From an uncultured bacterium (lineage in GTDB: Bacteria; Acidobacteriota; HRBIN11; JAKEFK01): DNA of 64,000 nt. Below are positions 1-8,578 of the stretch, in pieces. The DNA is taken from contig CAVZQN010000003.1 of assembly GCA_963777505.1 (NCBI GenBank), positions 352,001 to 416,000 of the forward strand. Direction: 5' to 3'. Under the pieces are notes generated by a model. The model did not search any database and was not told the origin of the DNA. It saw only the letters and a list, made by a program, of their open reading frames with translations. Position numbers and translations under genes: made by a program. Positions within the stretch are counted from its first letter, which is position 1. Every line of letters starts with the position of its first letter.

Positions 1-1149
1 CGGATCAACGCATTCGATTACATACGGAAGCCATTTGCACGTGAGGAAATTCGAGAGGTTTTGCGAAGAGCCATTTCGGCGGGTGCAAGGTCTGATGAGG
101 AAATAAAGCGAGAGAAGACGGGGAAGACGCTGCCAATAATCGGCCAGAGTTTCGGCATGGTCGAAGTGTACAAAGCAATTGCGCGTGTTGCTCAAACGGA
201 TTCGACAGTTTTAATTACAGGTGAAAGCGGCACAGGAAAAGAACTTGTTGCGCGCGCGATCCATGAAAATTCGCTGCGTGCTTCAAAACCATTTGTCGCT
301 GTCAATTGTGGCGCTTTAACCGATACGCTGCTAGAAAGTGAATTATTTGGTCACATGAAAGGAGCATTTACCGATGCTAAGACTTCGCACCGTGGAATTT
401 TCGAAAGTGCAACCGGCGGTACAGTTTTTCTTGATGAAATCAGTGAGACTTCTGCAGTTTTTCAAGTCAAACTCCTGCGTGTATTACAACAGCGGACAAT
501 CCGTCCAGTTGGAAGCAGTGAAGAACGTCCAATCGATGTACGAGTTATTGCAGCTACAAACCGTCCAGTCGATCATTTATTGGCTTCATCGTTCCGGAAA
601 GATTTGTTGTACCGGTTGAGTGTAATCAATATTCATATACCAGCACTTCGTGCGCGAATTGATGATATCCCTTTGCTGGCTACAAATTTCTTGCGGAGGT
701 TTAATAAGAGGCAAGGGAAGTCTGTCGTGATGGCTCCAGCAACAATCGAATGGATGAAAACACTTCCATGGTCCGGCAATGTCCGCGAGTTAGAAAATGC
801 GATTGAGCGTGCAGTTACGATGAAAGGAACGGGAGAAATTTTGCCGGAAGATCTTTTACAATTCGGTTTGATTTCACATACTCCTGATGGTGTTATTTTG
901 CCGGAGCCTCAGCACGCAAGACCTGTTGAGCCGGTTTTAGAACCAGGCCCCCCTTCGTCACTCAAAGATGTGATCCGCAAACATATTTTGGATGTTTTAA
1001 CGTATACCGGGGGCAACAAACTTCAGGCTGCAAAAATCCTGGGTGTGGGACGCTATACGCTTTATCGTATGGCGGAACGGTTTGGAATTGATCCTGCAGA
1101 GCTTGGGCTATCGCGCGTTAAAAAACGGAAGACCGGCAGCGATAAATAG
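1..1149 (+). CDS. Sigma54-dependent response regulator (NtrC family), 5'-truncated by window edge
   Basis: Frame open from base 1 (receiver end AFDYIRKPF). Walker A GESGTGKE, GAFTDA loop (GAFTGA variant), FLDEI, WSGNVRELEN, C-terminal Fis-type HTH (GNKLQAAKILGV). Confidence 0.95.
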   Translation, partial: RINAFDYIRKPFAREEIREVLRRAISAGARSDEEIKREKTGKTLPIIGQSFGMVEVYKAIARVAQTDSTVLITGESGTGKELVARAIHENSLRASKPFVAVNCGALTDTLLESELFGHMKGAFTDAKTSHRGIFESATGGTVFLDEISETSAVFQVKLLRVLQQRTIRPVGSSEERPIDVRVIAATNRPVDHLLASSFRKDLLYRLSVINIHIPALRARIDDIPLLATNFLRRFNKRQGKSVVMAPATIEWMKTLPWSGNVRELENAIERAVTMKGTGEILPEDLLQFGLISHTPDGVILPEPQHARPVEPVLEPGPPSSLKDVIRKHILDVLTYTGGNKLQAAKILGVGRYTLYRMAERFGIDPAELGLSRVKKRKTGSDK

Positions 1150-1157
1150 CCGGGAGT

Positions 1158-1186
1158 TTGACATCTCGGGAGTGCTCCAATAAGCT
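1158..1186 (+). promoter_or_regulatory. Putative sigma70 promoter of the kinase operon
   Basis: TTGACA (1158-1163), 17-nt spacer, TAAGCT (1181-1186), about 30 nt before ATG 1216. Confidence 0.6.
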
Positions 1187-1215
1187 TTTCCAATTACGGT
1201 ATCGAGGGGCGTGGG

Positions 1216-2583
1216 ATGAAATCGTTGACTCCGGGGACACATCTCGGCCGTTTTAAGCTCAGCAACCTTTTAGGCCGGGGCGGGATGGGAGAAGTTTGGA
1301 AGGCGCAAGACGTGCGTCTCGGGCGTGAAGTTGCAATTAAGATTCTTCCCCCTGAGCTGGCAACCAATCCGGAATTACAAATCAGATTCGATCGCGAAAG
1401 TAAAATTCTTGCCGCTCTCAATCACCCTGGAATCGCTCAAATTTATGAAGCAAACGAAGAATATCCAGAAGCCCCGGATCATTCAAAGTCGACGACCAAA
1501 ATCTCATTCCTTGTTATGGAATTTGTTGAAGGAAGAAGTTTATCTGAAATTTTGGCCAATGGTTCGTTGCCTGTCTTAACGTCAGTCCGGTTGGGACGGC
1601 AAATTTCAAAGGCTCTCCACGCAGCACATGAAGCGGGAATTATTCACCGCGATCTCAAACCTGCAAATATCATGGTTACGACACGCAATCAAGTGAAAGT
1701 GCTCGATTTCGGATTGGCGCGGCCCCTGATGCAGCAGACTCACAGCACGAAGCAAGCTCTTCCGGAAGTAACTACGTCCGGAATGGTTTTGGGTACTGCG
1801 GCTTATCTAGCGCCTGAACAAATCAAAGGAATGTCAGCAAACATACGCAGCGACATCTGGTCACTCGGCTGCGTTTTATATCAAATGACATCAGGAAAAA
1901 GGCCTTTTCCTGCAGATTCAATTCCGGAAGTTCTTGCCTCTGTATTGCGCGATGAACCTTCAGACGTTTCCACCTTAAATTCATCTGTAACTCCACCTTT
2001 AAAAACCCTCATAGAGAAATGTCTGGATAAGGACCCTGAGAGAAGACCAAAGGATGCCAAAGAAGTGAGTATCGCCTTAAAAGAAATTCTTCAGGAAATG
2101 CGTAATGGTCAGCCTTCATCGCCTTCAATGGAACCAGTGCCACTCTCTGAACTTTCAATAAGCCCATCGATTCAATTGATAAACCGCTACTTGCATATGA
2201 TTGATTCCACTTTCCCCCAAATTACTGGCAAAGATGGCAAAGTTGGTTCGATTGAGCTGCAACATCACGGTACGAAGATGGGGCTTCTTGTAGTGCCAAA
2301 ACCATCAGGGGATAAAGTTATGATCGTGGCTCCGCTTTGCGGTTTGCCTGAAGGAAACTTGCTGCGCGCCTTTGCAAAACTTCTTTCATTGAATAACGGA
2401 CACACCGATGTAGCTCGATTTTCAATTGATCAAGAAACCCGAACAATAAATCTGATTTGCATTCGAAATTGTTCTTCGCTAGACACACGTCAATTGAGAG
2501 CGGTGCTCGATACGATGAGCACGTCAGCGCAGCGCCTGGGAATTCCTTTCATGAATGAATTCGGTCTGAAAGAGGAGAATTAG
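1216..2583 (+). CDS. Hanks-type Ser/Thr kinase with C-terminal CesT/YbjN-like chaperone domain
   Basis: LGRGGMGEV, VAIK, HRDLKPAN, DFG, APE and SDIWS motifs; no TM. C-terminal ~140 aa contain LLSLNN..ARFSID..INLICIR..LD, typical of the T3SS class I chaperone/YbjN fold. Confidence 0.9.
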   Translation: MKSLTPGTHLGRFKLSNLLGRGGMGEVWKAQDVRLGREVAIKILPPELATNPELQIRFDRESKILAALNHPGIAQIYEANEEYPEAPDHSKSTTKISFLVMEFVEGRSLSEILANGSLPVLTSVRLGRQISKALHAAHEAGIIHRDLKPANIMVTTRNQVKVLDFGLARPLMQQTHSTKQALPEVTTSGMVLGTAAYLAPEQIKGMSANIRSDIWSLGCVLYQMTSGKRPFPADSIPEVLASVLRDEPSDVSTLNSSVTPPLKTLIEKCLDKDPERRPKDAKEVSIALKEILQEMRNGQPSSPSMEPVPLSELSISPSIQLINRYLHMIDSTFPQITGKDGKVGSIELQHHGTKMGLLVVPKPSGDKVMIVAPLCGLPEGNLLRAFAKLLSLNNGHTDVARFSIDQETRTINLICIRNCSSLDTRQLRAVLDTMSTSAQRLGIPFMNEFGLKEEN

Positions 2584-2585
2584 AA

Positions 2586-3050
2586 ATGCCCAGGTATGAA
2601 TCCAACCAGGCAATCATTGGACATCTTCGGCGTACGAAGGCAACGTTTGATGGATTCACTCCTCAGTCTGTTTCGATGGGTGGACAATCCGTCTCCATGC
2701 TTCACGGAAAAGTTGAGTATCGTAATTCAAAAGTTCATCTTGCACTGCTTACAAGACCTGGCGAAACACATGACACTCTCATTTTTTCACTTCCTACTTT
2801 TCGTGTGAATGTTTCAACGGCTGCTGAGATATTTGAGCAACTGCTTTCCTGGAATAACGGATCAACAGGCTCGGCACATTTTGCACTGGATGAGTTACTG
2901 AACTCGATTAACCTAGTTTGTGTACGAGCTGTTGAAGGTTTGGATCTTCATGAATTTCAGAATTGCATGGATCAAATGCTGAACGTCCGCTTGAATGCAT
3001 TGAGTCAGCTGCGAAAGAACTTTGCGGCTTCTTCATTGGAGGAGTTATGA
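2586..3050 (+). CDS. CesT/YbjN-like protein, paralogous to the kinase C-terminal domain
   Basis: LLSWNNGSTGSAHFALD..INLVCVR..LD aligns by eye with the kinase tail. Starts 2 nt after the kinase stop. Confidence 0.75.
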   Translation: MPRYESNQAIIGHLRRTKATFDGFTPQSVSMGGQSVSMLHGKVEYRNSKVHLALLTRPGETHDTLIFSLPTFRVNVSTAAEIFEQLLSWNNGSTGSAHFALDELLNSINLVCVRAVEGLDLHEFQNCMDQMLNVRLNALSQLRKNFAASSLEEL

Positions 3051-3829
3051 AGAAAGCCCTTCTGTTCGCTATCATTCTTTCCATTTGTTCAATCGCATTC
3101 GCTGAGATGACTGTCTTTTTCAAAGACGGCACATCAGTTACTGTAACGAAAATCGTATTCAAGGGAAATGTAGCTGAACTTTTTCTCATGAATGGAAAGA
3201 CCCGCAATGTTGCAGCAGACAAAATTGATTTGAAAGCGAGCGGTATTCCTAAAGCTGAAGGAAGTTATGGACAGGCAGGCCTTTCTTCCAATGCACGCGA
3301 AACGCGTACTGCAACCCCGCCACTTATTGGAGATTCAAAACAACGGCAACTCGCGTTAAAAGAAGAATGGGACAAAGCTGAACAATCGGCTGTGGCCTTA
3401 AAAACAATTGGTTCAATACGACAAGGAGACATTGTCAGGATCGTTAACCGGGCCGCTTCAGGCTCGACTCCTGCTCCTCCTCCTTCTGATTATGAATCTC
3501 TTGAGGATTTTGATGTAGAGTCGCTTCAAGAAGGTACCTTCATGCAAACGAAGGATGAACCCTTCCTGGTAATCTTCAAAACTGCGGAAGGAATTTATGG
3601 CAAGAAACTCTTTGACACGGCAACCTTCCATTCCAACTTTAGTATCAATGAAAAGGCCACTGAACCTCCGCCTGCGATCGTTAAAGTTCCTGAACCGACA
3701 ATAAAGATTCCGAATCCAGAAGAAACTCCTGTTAAGACTGAACCTTTGCCCTCACCGGAGCCATCGATACAAGAAGAAGAGGCAGCAACAACGGTGCCTG
3801 AAGAAACAGAAACACTCAAACAAAAGTGA
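3047..3829 (+). CDS. Exported hypothetical protein with Pro/Glu-rich C-terminus
   Basis: ATGA overlap with the upstream stop, RBS GGAGG, signal peptide MKKALLFAIILSICSIAFA, 'VFFKDG' beta start. May be fused to the next ORF. Confidence 0.75.
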   Translation: MKKALLFAIILSICSIAFAEMTVFFKDGTSVTVTKIVFKGNVAELFLMNGKTRNVAADKIDLKASGIPKAEGSYGQAGLSSNARETRTATPPLIGDSKQRQLALKEEWDKAEQSAVALKTIGSIRQGDIVRIVNRAASGSTPAPPPSDYESLEDFDVESLQEGTFMQTKDEPFLVIFKTAEGIYGKKLFDTATFHSNFSINEKATEPPPAIVKVPEPTIKIPNPEETPVKTEPLPSPEPSIQEEEAATTVPEETETLKQK

Positions 3830-4440
3830 CGACGCGCAGTTTCTCGATTGCTCCGCTTTTAATTGGTATTGCAGGGATCGTTCTTGCAGGCGGTGCATTG
3901 TTCGTATATTCGAGAAATCGGAAAAAGCCTTTTGTGAACACTTCACAATTTAAACAATATGAAAACGAACTGCGTGATTTTGAGTTGGAGGTCTGGCTGA
4001 AGCACGGACGTACATTGGATCAACTTATCGAAATTTGTCTGAAGAAGTTTTATCAAGACCAACCTGCCGCGCTGGGGGTTGCTATTAAAATTCAAAAAGG
4101 TGCTGATCGTTCAAGTGTCATCCAGTCAATTGCCAGACAAAGTGGTCTGACCATTGGTTCTGCTGAAGATATTTACTCCGAAATGTTTCACAGAATTAAT
4201 TGGATTCGTGAAATGATACGCCAGGTTTCTGAAAAAGTCGGGAAACAACCTCTGACGCATCCTGAAAGTGTATCTGCACCTGCGCAACCGGTTTCACATC
4301 CAAAACCTGAGACATCTACTCCGAAAGTGTCAGATCCTAAACCAGAAACCTCCGCAAAGCCATCTCAGGCCGTCGCCACAACCGGCTTACCTGTCTATCT
4401 CCGCAATGCCCTCAAACAGCTCGGCGAGCTATCGGATTGA
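3826..4440 (+). CDS. Membrane-anchored hypothetical protein
   Basis: GTGA overlap with the upstream stop. N-terminal TM (IAPLLIGIAGIVLAGGALFVY) followed by RNRKK; Pro-rich tail. Confidence 0.65.
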   Translation: MTTRSFSIAPLLIGIAGIVLAGGALFVYSRNRKKPFVNTSQFKQYENELRDFELEVWLKHGRTLDQLIEICLKKFYQDQPAALGVAIKIQKGADRSSVIQSIARQSGLTIGSAEDIYSEMFHRINWIREMIRQVSEKVGKQPLTHPESVSAPAQPVSHPKPETSTPKVSDPKPETSAKPSQAVATTGLPVYLRNALKQLGELSD

Positions 4441-4467
4441 TTCTTTGCGTTTTGTAGTTAAAGGTTC

Positions 4468-6990
4468 TCACAAGATTTTCAGCTGATGATCTTTTTGTTT
4501 CAACGCAAAACCGCTCGCAACTAGAAATACGACTGTAAATAGAACGAGAACGACCTGATCCCTTATTTTGGAATCTGGATGGTCGATCCATACGAAGAGC
4601 CGCGCATTATTCCTCAATCGTCTTTCAGATCGTTGCAATTCATCGCGAGCGTCTTCCATGTTCTGCTGTTCGTGTTTCAAGTCTCTTGAAATTCTGTCGG
4701 CATCGTATCTCAGCGTATTCAGTTCCACAAAGTCGGCGACATCACCCATCTTCTCAAGAATTTCATCTAATTCATTTTGCAATGAGCTGATCCGCTCTTG
4801 TGCTTCTTCCATTTCGTTTTGGCTCAGATCGATTGATTGCTCAAGGCTGTCTTTTAGTTGCAAGGAAGGAAGTTCAAATTGCTTCTTCATGAGGTTATAA
4901 GACCATTTGCTGATCATGACTTCGCCAAATATTTTTTGAGTTCCTTTCAGTTCGCCGAATATTCCGGAAAACAAGACCTGAGGAATCAGGAGAATCGGAA
5001 CAAGAGCAATCGCTTTGTCAGGCGAATTTACAATTGAGCTAACCAGGAGACCCAGCGAGACGCCAGCTACTCCACAAAGAAGCAGAGGCCAGTATGCATG
5101 AAGGAATTTATCCGGTGTTAGTAATGCAAGAACAACACATTGCAATGCGAGCAAAATCGAGAGCACAACAAATTTTGAACTCAGATATGGAACAATCCCC
5201 AGGTTCACCATTCGTTCTCGCCGATACAGCGGAAGTTCTTTGCAGATTTCACGAGCCGAGTTATTGCAACCAAACCAAAGAGCGGCAAGCGCCATCATGA
5301 ACAACCGGCTGCTGAGATTTGTTGTGGCTATATAAATAAAAAACGTAATTAATGGTGCTTGAGCAAGCAACAAGCCTGTATTCTTGCGATCTCTCAGTAT
5401 GATTTCCAGATATCGTTTTGCCAGAGTTATGCCCTGATGAACAGGATGTGATGGAGCTTCAGGCAGCCGTTCTGTCGATTGGGATGTTGAGCGCTTTGAT
5501 GGAAGTATCTGATCGCGCGCAAGATTGATGTCATTGCGATGAGTTTCGGTCTTTTGAAATTCATCCTGCCATTCTTCTGCAGGACGGTTTTTGATTCGCG
5601 AATAAAGCGCGCTCAGTGTATTAACTTGAAAAAAGTTCATTGCGTCTTGAGGGCTGCCAAAAAAGATGACACGTCCGGAATGCATCAGAACAATTCGTGA
5701 AAACATCATTGCATGTTCAAGAAGGTGAGTTGTTAGAATCGTAATTCTTCCATCCTGAGAAAGCTTTTTGAAAAGCACCATTAGCTTTTCATCCAATGCC
5801 GGATCCAACCCGGAAGTCGGTTCATCAAGGAAAAGAATTCCAGGTTTTGTAAGAAGCTCAATTGCAATATTGACCCGCTTGCGTTGTCCGCCGCTCAATC
5901 GATGAACGGGTAAACGTTCCTGATCTTCAAGTTCGAGTTCGATCAAGGTTTCCTTCACCCGGATCTTGCGTTCTTTTTCCGACATATCAAGAGGCAGCCG
6001 CAACTTCGCCGCATAACGAAGCGTTTGCTCAACTGTTAGTTCGCGATGAATAATGTCGTCTTGAGGTACAAATCCAATATTTCTTTTGAAGAGATCGAAG
6101 TGTGTGAATACATCCAATCCGTTTAGTTGAACTCTACCTGCTGATGGCAAAATCTGTCCGCTTAAACATTTCATCAACGTCGTTTTTCCTGATCCACTTG
6201 GACCGATCAGGCCGATCAGTTCATTGGAATTACAGACAAGCGTTCCACGATCGATGATTCTTTTTTCGCCGGCAGATACGCTGATTTGCCATCCGATCAA
6301 CTGGCTTTGCTGCTGCAGTGTATAAATGTTGAGGAATTCGCCGGTGAATAGCAGCATGTAAGGCATGATCAAAACAGATTCCCCAGGTGAAAGTGGAGTC
6401 CGATGAATGAGCCTATCGTTTACATATGTACCGTTGGAACTTCGTAGATCTTCCAGGTAGAGGATGCCGTTATTTCGTTCCAACCTTGCATGCATAGAAG
6501 AAACCTGCGGATGATTGAGCACAACGTCACAGCCTTCATTTCTTCCGATAAGGAGTGGAAAACGGGTCAGAAGTTTTTGGCTGACAAATCCTGAAACCTG
6601 CATTTCACCAAGACTTGGTGCCTGGGCAGCATTAGATTTTTGGGCTTTTTCTGCTGTGAGATGACGTCCGAATGAACCAAGTTCAGTTCGTTCAGAAGAC
6701 GGAATTCGTCGACACAAGAATTCAATCCCATCGATTGAAAAAGTTTCACCATTTTGCAGGAGAGCTTGATGGCATAGATTTTCGCGATATTTGAACAGAA
6801 TGTCGGGTTGAGCTGAACGCACCGAGAGACCTTCACCGGAAGGTTCTATATTCAAATGGTGTGAACGCACATGGGGTGAACTAATTCGAATGTGGCTCTG
6901 AGGGCCACTTCCAAGGACGTTAATGCCTGTTGTTAAAGGAATAACCCGTTCTTCAGACTTGCCGGGAGCCTGGACCAGAACAAGATCCAT
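4468..6990 (-). CDS. FHA-domain ABC transporter (2 FHA + ATPase + ABC-2 permease, Rv1747-like architecture)
   Basis: Degenerate N-terminal FHA plus canonical FHA (GR..S.MHA..DLRSSNGTYVN); GPSGSGKT, LSGGQ, LDEPTSGLD; TM helices; coiled coil before the last TM. Confidence 0.92.
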   Translation of the reverse strand: MDLVLVQAPGKSEERVIPLTTGINVLGSGPQSHIRISSPHVRSHHLNIEPSGEGLSVRSAQPDILFKYRENLCHQALLQNGETFSIDGIEFLCRRIPSSERTELGSFGRHLTAEKAQKSNAAQAPSLGEMQVSGFVSQKLLTRFPLLIGRNEGCDVVLNHPQVSSMHARLERNNGILYLEDLRSSNGTYVNDRLIHRTPLSPGESVLIMPYMLLFTGEFLNIYTLQQQSQLIGWQISVSAGEKRIIDRGTLVCNSNELIGLIGPSGSGKTTLMKCLSGQILPSAGRVQLNGLDVFTHFDLFKRNIGFVPQDDIIHRELTVEQTLRYAAKLRLPLDMSEKERKIRVKETLIELELEDQERLPVHRLSGGQRKRVNIAIELLTKPGILFLDEPTSGLDPALDEKLMVLFKKLSQDGRITILTTHLLEHAMMFSRIVLMHSGRVIFFGSPQDAMNFFQVNTLSALYSRIKNRPAEEWQDEFQKTETHRNDINLARDQILPSKRSTSQSTERLPEAPSHPVHQGITLAKRYLEIILRDRKNTGLLLAQAPLITFFIYIATTNLSSRLFMMALAALWFGCNNSAREICKELPLYRRERMVNLGIVPYLSSKFVVLSILLALQCVVLALLTPDKFLHAYWPLLLCGVAGVSLGLLVSSIVNSPDKAIALVPILLIPQVLFSGIFGELKGTQKIFGEVMISKWSYNLMKKQFELPSLQLKDSLEQSIDLSQNEMEEAQERISSLQNELDEILEKMGDVADFVELNTLRYDADRISRDLKHEQQNMEDARDELQRSERRLRNNARLFVWIDHPDSKIRDQVVLVLFTVVFLVASGFALKQKDHQLKIL

Positions 6991-7006
6991 GGATGTATTA
7001 TAGCTC

Positions 7007-7035
7007 GATACACGATTCAGGATACAGGATTCAGG
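7007..7035. repeat. Short heptamer tandem repeat (GATWCAG-like x4)
   Basis: GATACAC GATTCAG GATACAG GATTCAG. Confidence 0.6.
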
Positions 7036-7110
7036 TCGGTTTCACGAGCGATAAAACTGGCTATGGCAATCCGTGTCAATGTTTTCTCTGTGTCTTTGTG
7101 GTTAAATAAT

Positions 7111-7138
7111 TGTAAACGTTCAGGACCACTCCCACGTC
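7111..7138 (+). promoter_or_regulatory. Putative ECF-sigma (autoregulatory) promoter
   Basis: TGTAAAC-N17-CGTC directly upstream of the ECF sigma ATG, matching the AAC/CGT ECF pattern. Confidence 0.6.
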
Positions 7139-7154
7139 CCATTATCGAGCAAGT

Positions 7155-7751
7155 ATGGTCGGCGATGAGAAAGAACTGTTATATCGAGCGCAACAAGGGG
7201 ATGAAACTGCATTCCAACAGATTGTCGAGAAGTATAAGCGGCAAATGTACTACCTCGCCCTCGATCTTACAGGAAATCATTATGATGCCGAGGATTTGTC
7301 TCAGGAGGCTTTCGTGAAGGCGTATACATCGATTCAAGGTTTTCGTGGGGATGCGAAAATTAGTTCCTGGCTTCATCGGATTGTGGTCAATGCCCATCTT
7401 GATGAACGCCGGAAAAAATCACTTACACTCCTGCGAACGAGCGATGAATTAAATGAAAGCCTGACTTTGCATTCAGCTGGCGGAAGCGGATTTGAAACCA
7501 ATCCGGAAAAGAAGATGGAACAATCCAAAATGCAGGAGCACATCGAAGAAGCCCTCAAAACGTTAACACCAAGAGAGCGTTCCATTTTTGTTTTACGTCA
7601 TTATCAGGAACATGCTCTAAAGGAAATTGCGGAGATGCTGGAACTCAGTGAAGGAACTGTAAAGAGTTTCTTATTTCGTGCGATTAAGAAGCTTCAAAAG
7701 GCCCTTTCCAAATATGAATTCCGATTTGAAGCGAGGAGTTCCAATGAATAA
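7155..7751 (+). CDS. ECF RNA polymerase sigma factor
   Basis: GDETAF, DAEDLSQEAF, SWLHRIVVN in region 2; LTPRERSIFVLRH..EIAEML..GTVKS in region 4. Confidence 0.96.
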   Translation: MVGDEKELLYRAQQGDETAFQQIVEKYKRQMYYLALDLTGNHYDAEDLSQEAFVKAYTSIQGFRGDAKISSWLHRIVVNAHLDERRKKSLTLLRTSDELNESLTLHSAGGSGFETNPEKKMEQSKMQEHIEEALKTLTPRERSIFVLRHYQEHALKEIAEMLELSEGTVKSFLFRAIKKLQKALSKYEFRFEARSSNE

Positions 7752-8562
7752 CTGCGAGAAATTTGAAGATCAATTCGTTGATGCTTTGTATGACGAACTA
7801 AAATCTCAGCCAAAGGAAGATTTCGATTCACATTTAAAGGAATGTGCACAATGCAGAGCTCTTTATCAGACAATGCAAAAGACGCTTAACGTGATGGATG
7901 AAAGGATTCATCCGGAACTTTCACCAGAATATTGGCAGCAATATGATGCGTCATTGCAGAATCGTCTCTCTGAGGTGAAGTCGAAAGATAAAGACAAAGG
8001 GAAAGTCATATCATTCAATAAAATTCCTGGTTGGGCTCTTAAAGCGGCAGCAGCATTCATTCTTGTAGGGCTTGGAATATTGATCGGACGTTATTATATG
8101 GCGCCTGAACCAGCGAAGATCGTAGTTAAAGATGCACAGCCGGCACTTCCAGTACACAGGGCTTCATTGGATCCTGAAACAAGACGGTTTTTGGAACGAT
8201 CTGAAATCTTACTTGTAGGGATTGTGAATTTAGAACCAGAGGAAGATAGCACTTATTCAACAGATTTAACAGCTCAAAAGAAAATGTCACGGGAATTGAT
8301 TCAGCAAGCCCCGGTAATTCGAGCAAATCTAAAAGGCCCGGAACGCCGGCGTCTTACACAATTGGTTTCCGATCTTGAATTGATCATGCTTCAAATTGCA
8401 AATCTTGAAGCTGAAAGTGATGTGCCTGAAATTGAGCTTGTGAAAAGCGGCGTAGACCGCAAAGGGGTCTTGTTCAAAATTAATGTGGAACAAATGCGTA
8501 TGTCGGGTGCCGCCGAAAGTAAACCGGATCAAAACAAAACATCCGGTGAGAAGAAACTATAG
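7744..8562 (+). CDS. Zinc-binding anti-sigma factor (zf-HC2), single TM
   Basis: MNNC...HLKECAQC (HxxxCxxC), TM AAAAFILVGLGILIG; overlaps the sigma stop. Start set at ATG 7744. Confidence 0.88.
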   Translation: MNNCEKFEDQFVDALYDELKSQPKEDFDSHLKECAQCRALYQTMQKTLNVMDERIHPELSPEYWQQYDASLQNRLSEVKSKDKDKGKVISFNKIPGWALKAAAAFILVGLGILIGRYYMAPEPAKIVVKDAQPALPVHRASLDPETRRFLERSEILLVGIVNLEPEEDSTYSTDLTAQKKMSRELIQQAPVIRANLKGPERRRLTQLVSDLELIMLQIANLEAESDVPEIELVKSGVDRKGVLFKINVEQMRMSGAAESKPDQNKTSGEKKL

Positions 8563-8578
8563 TGGAGGAAATGAGACT

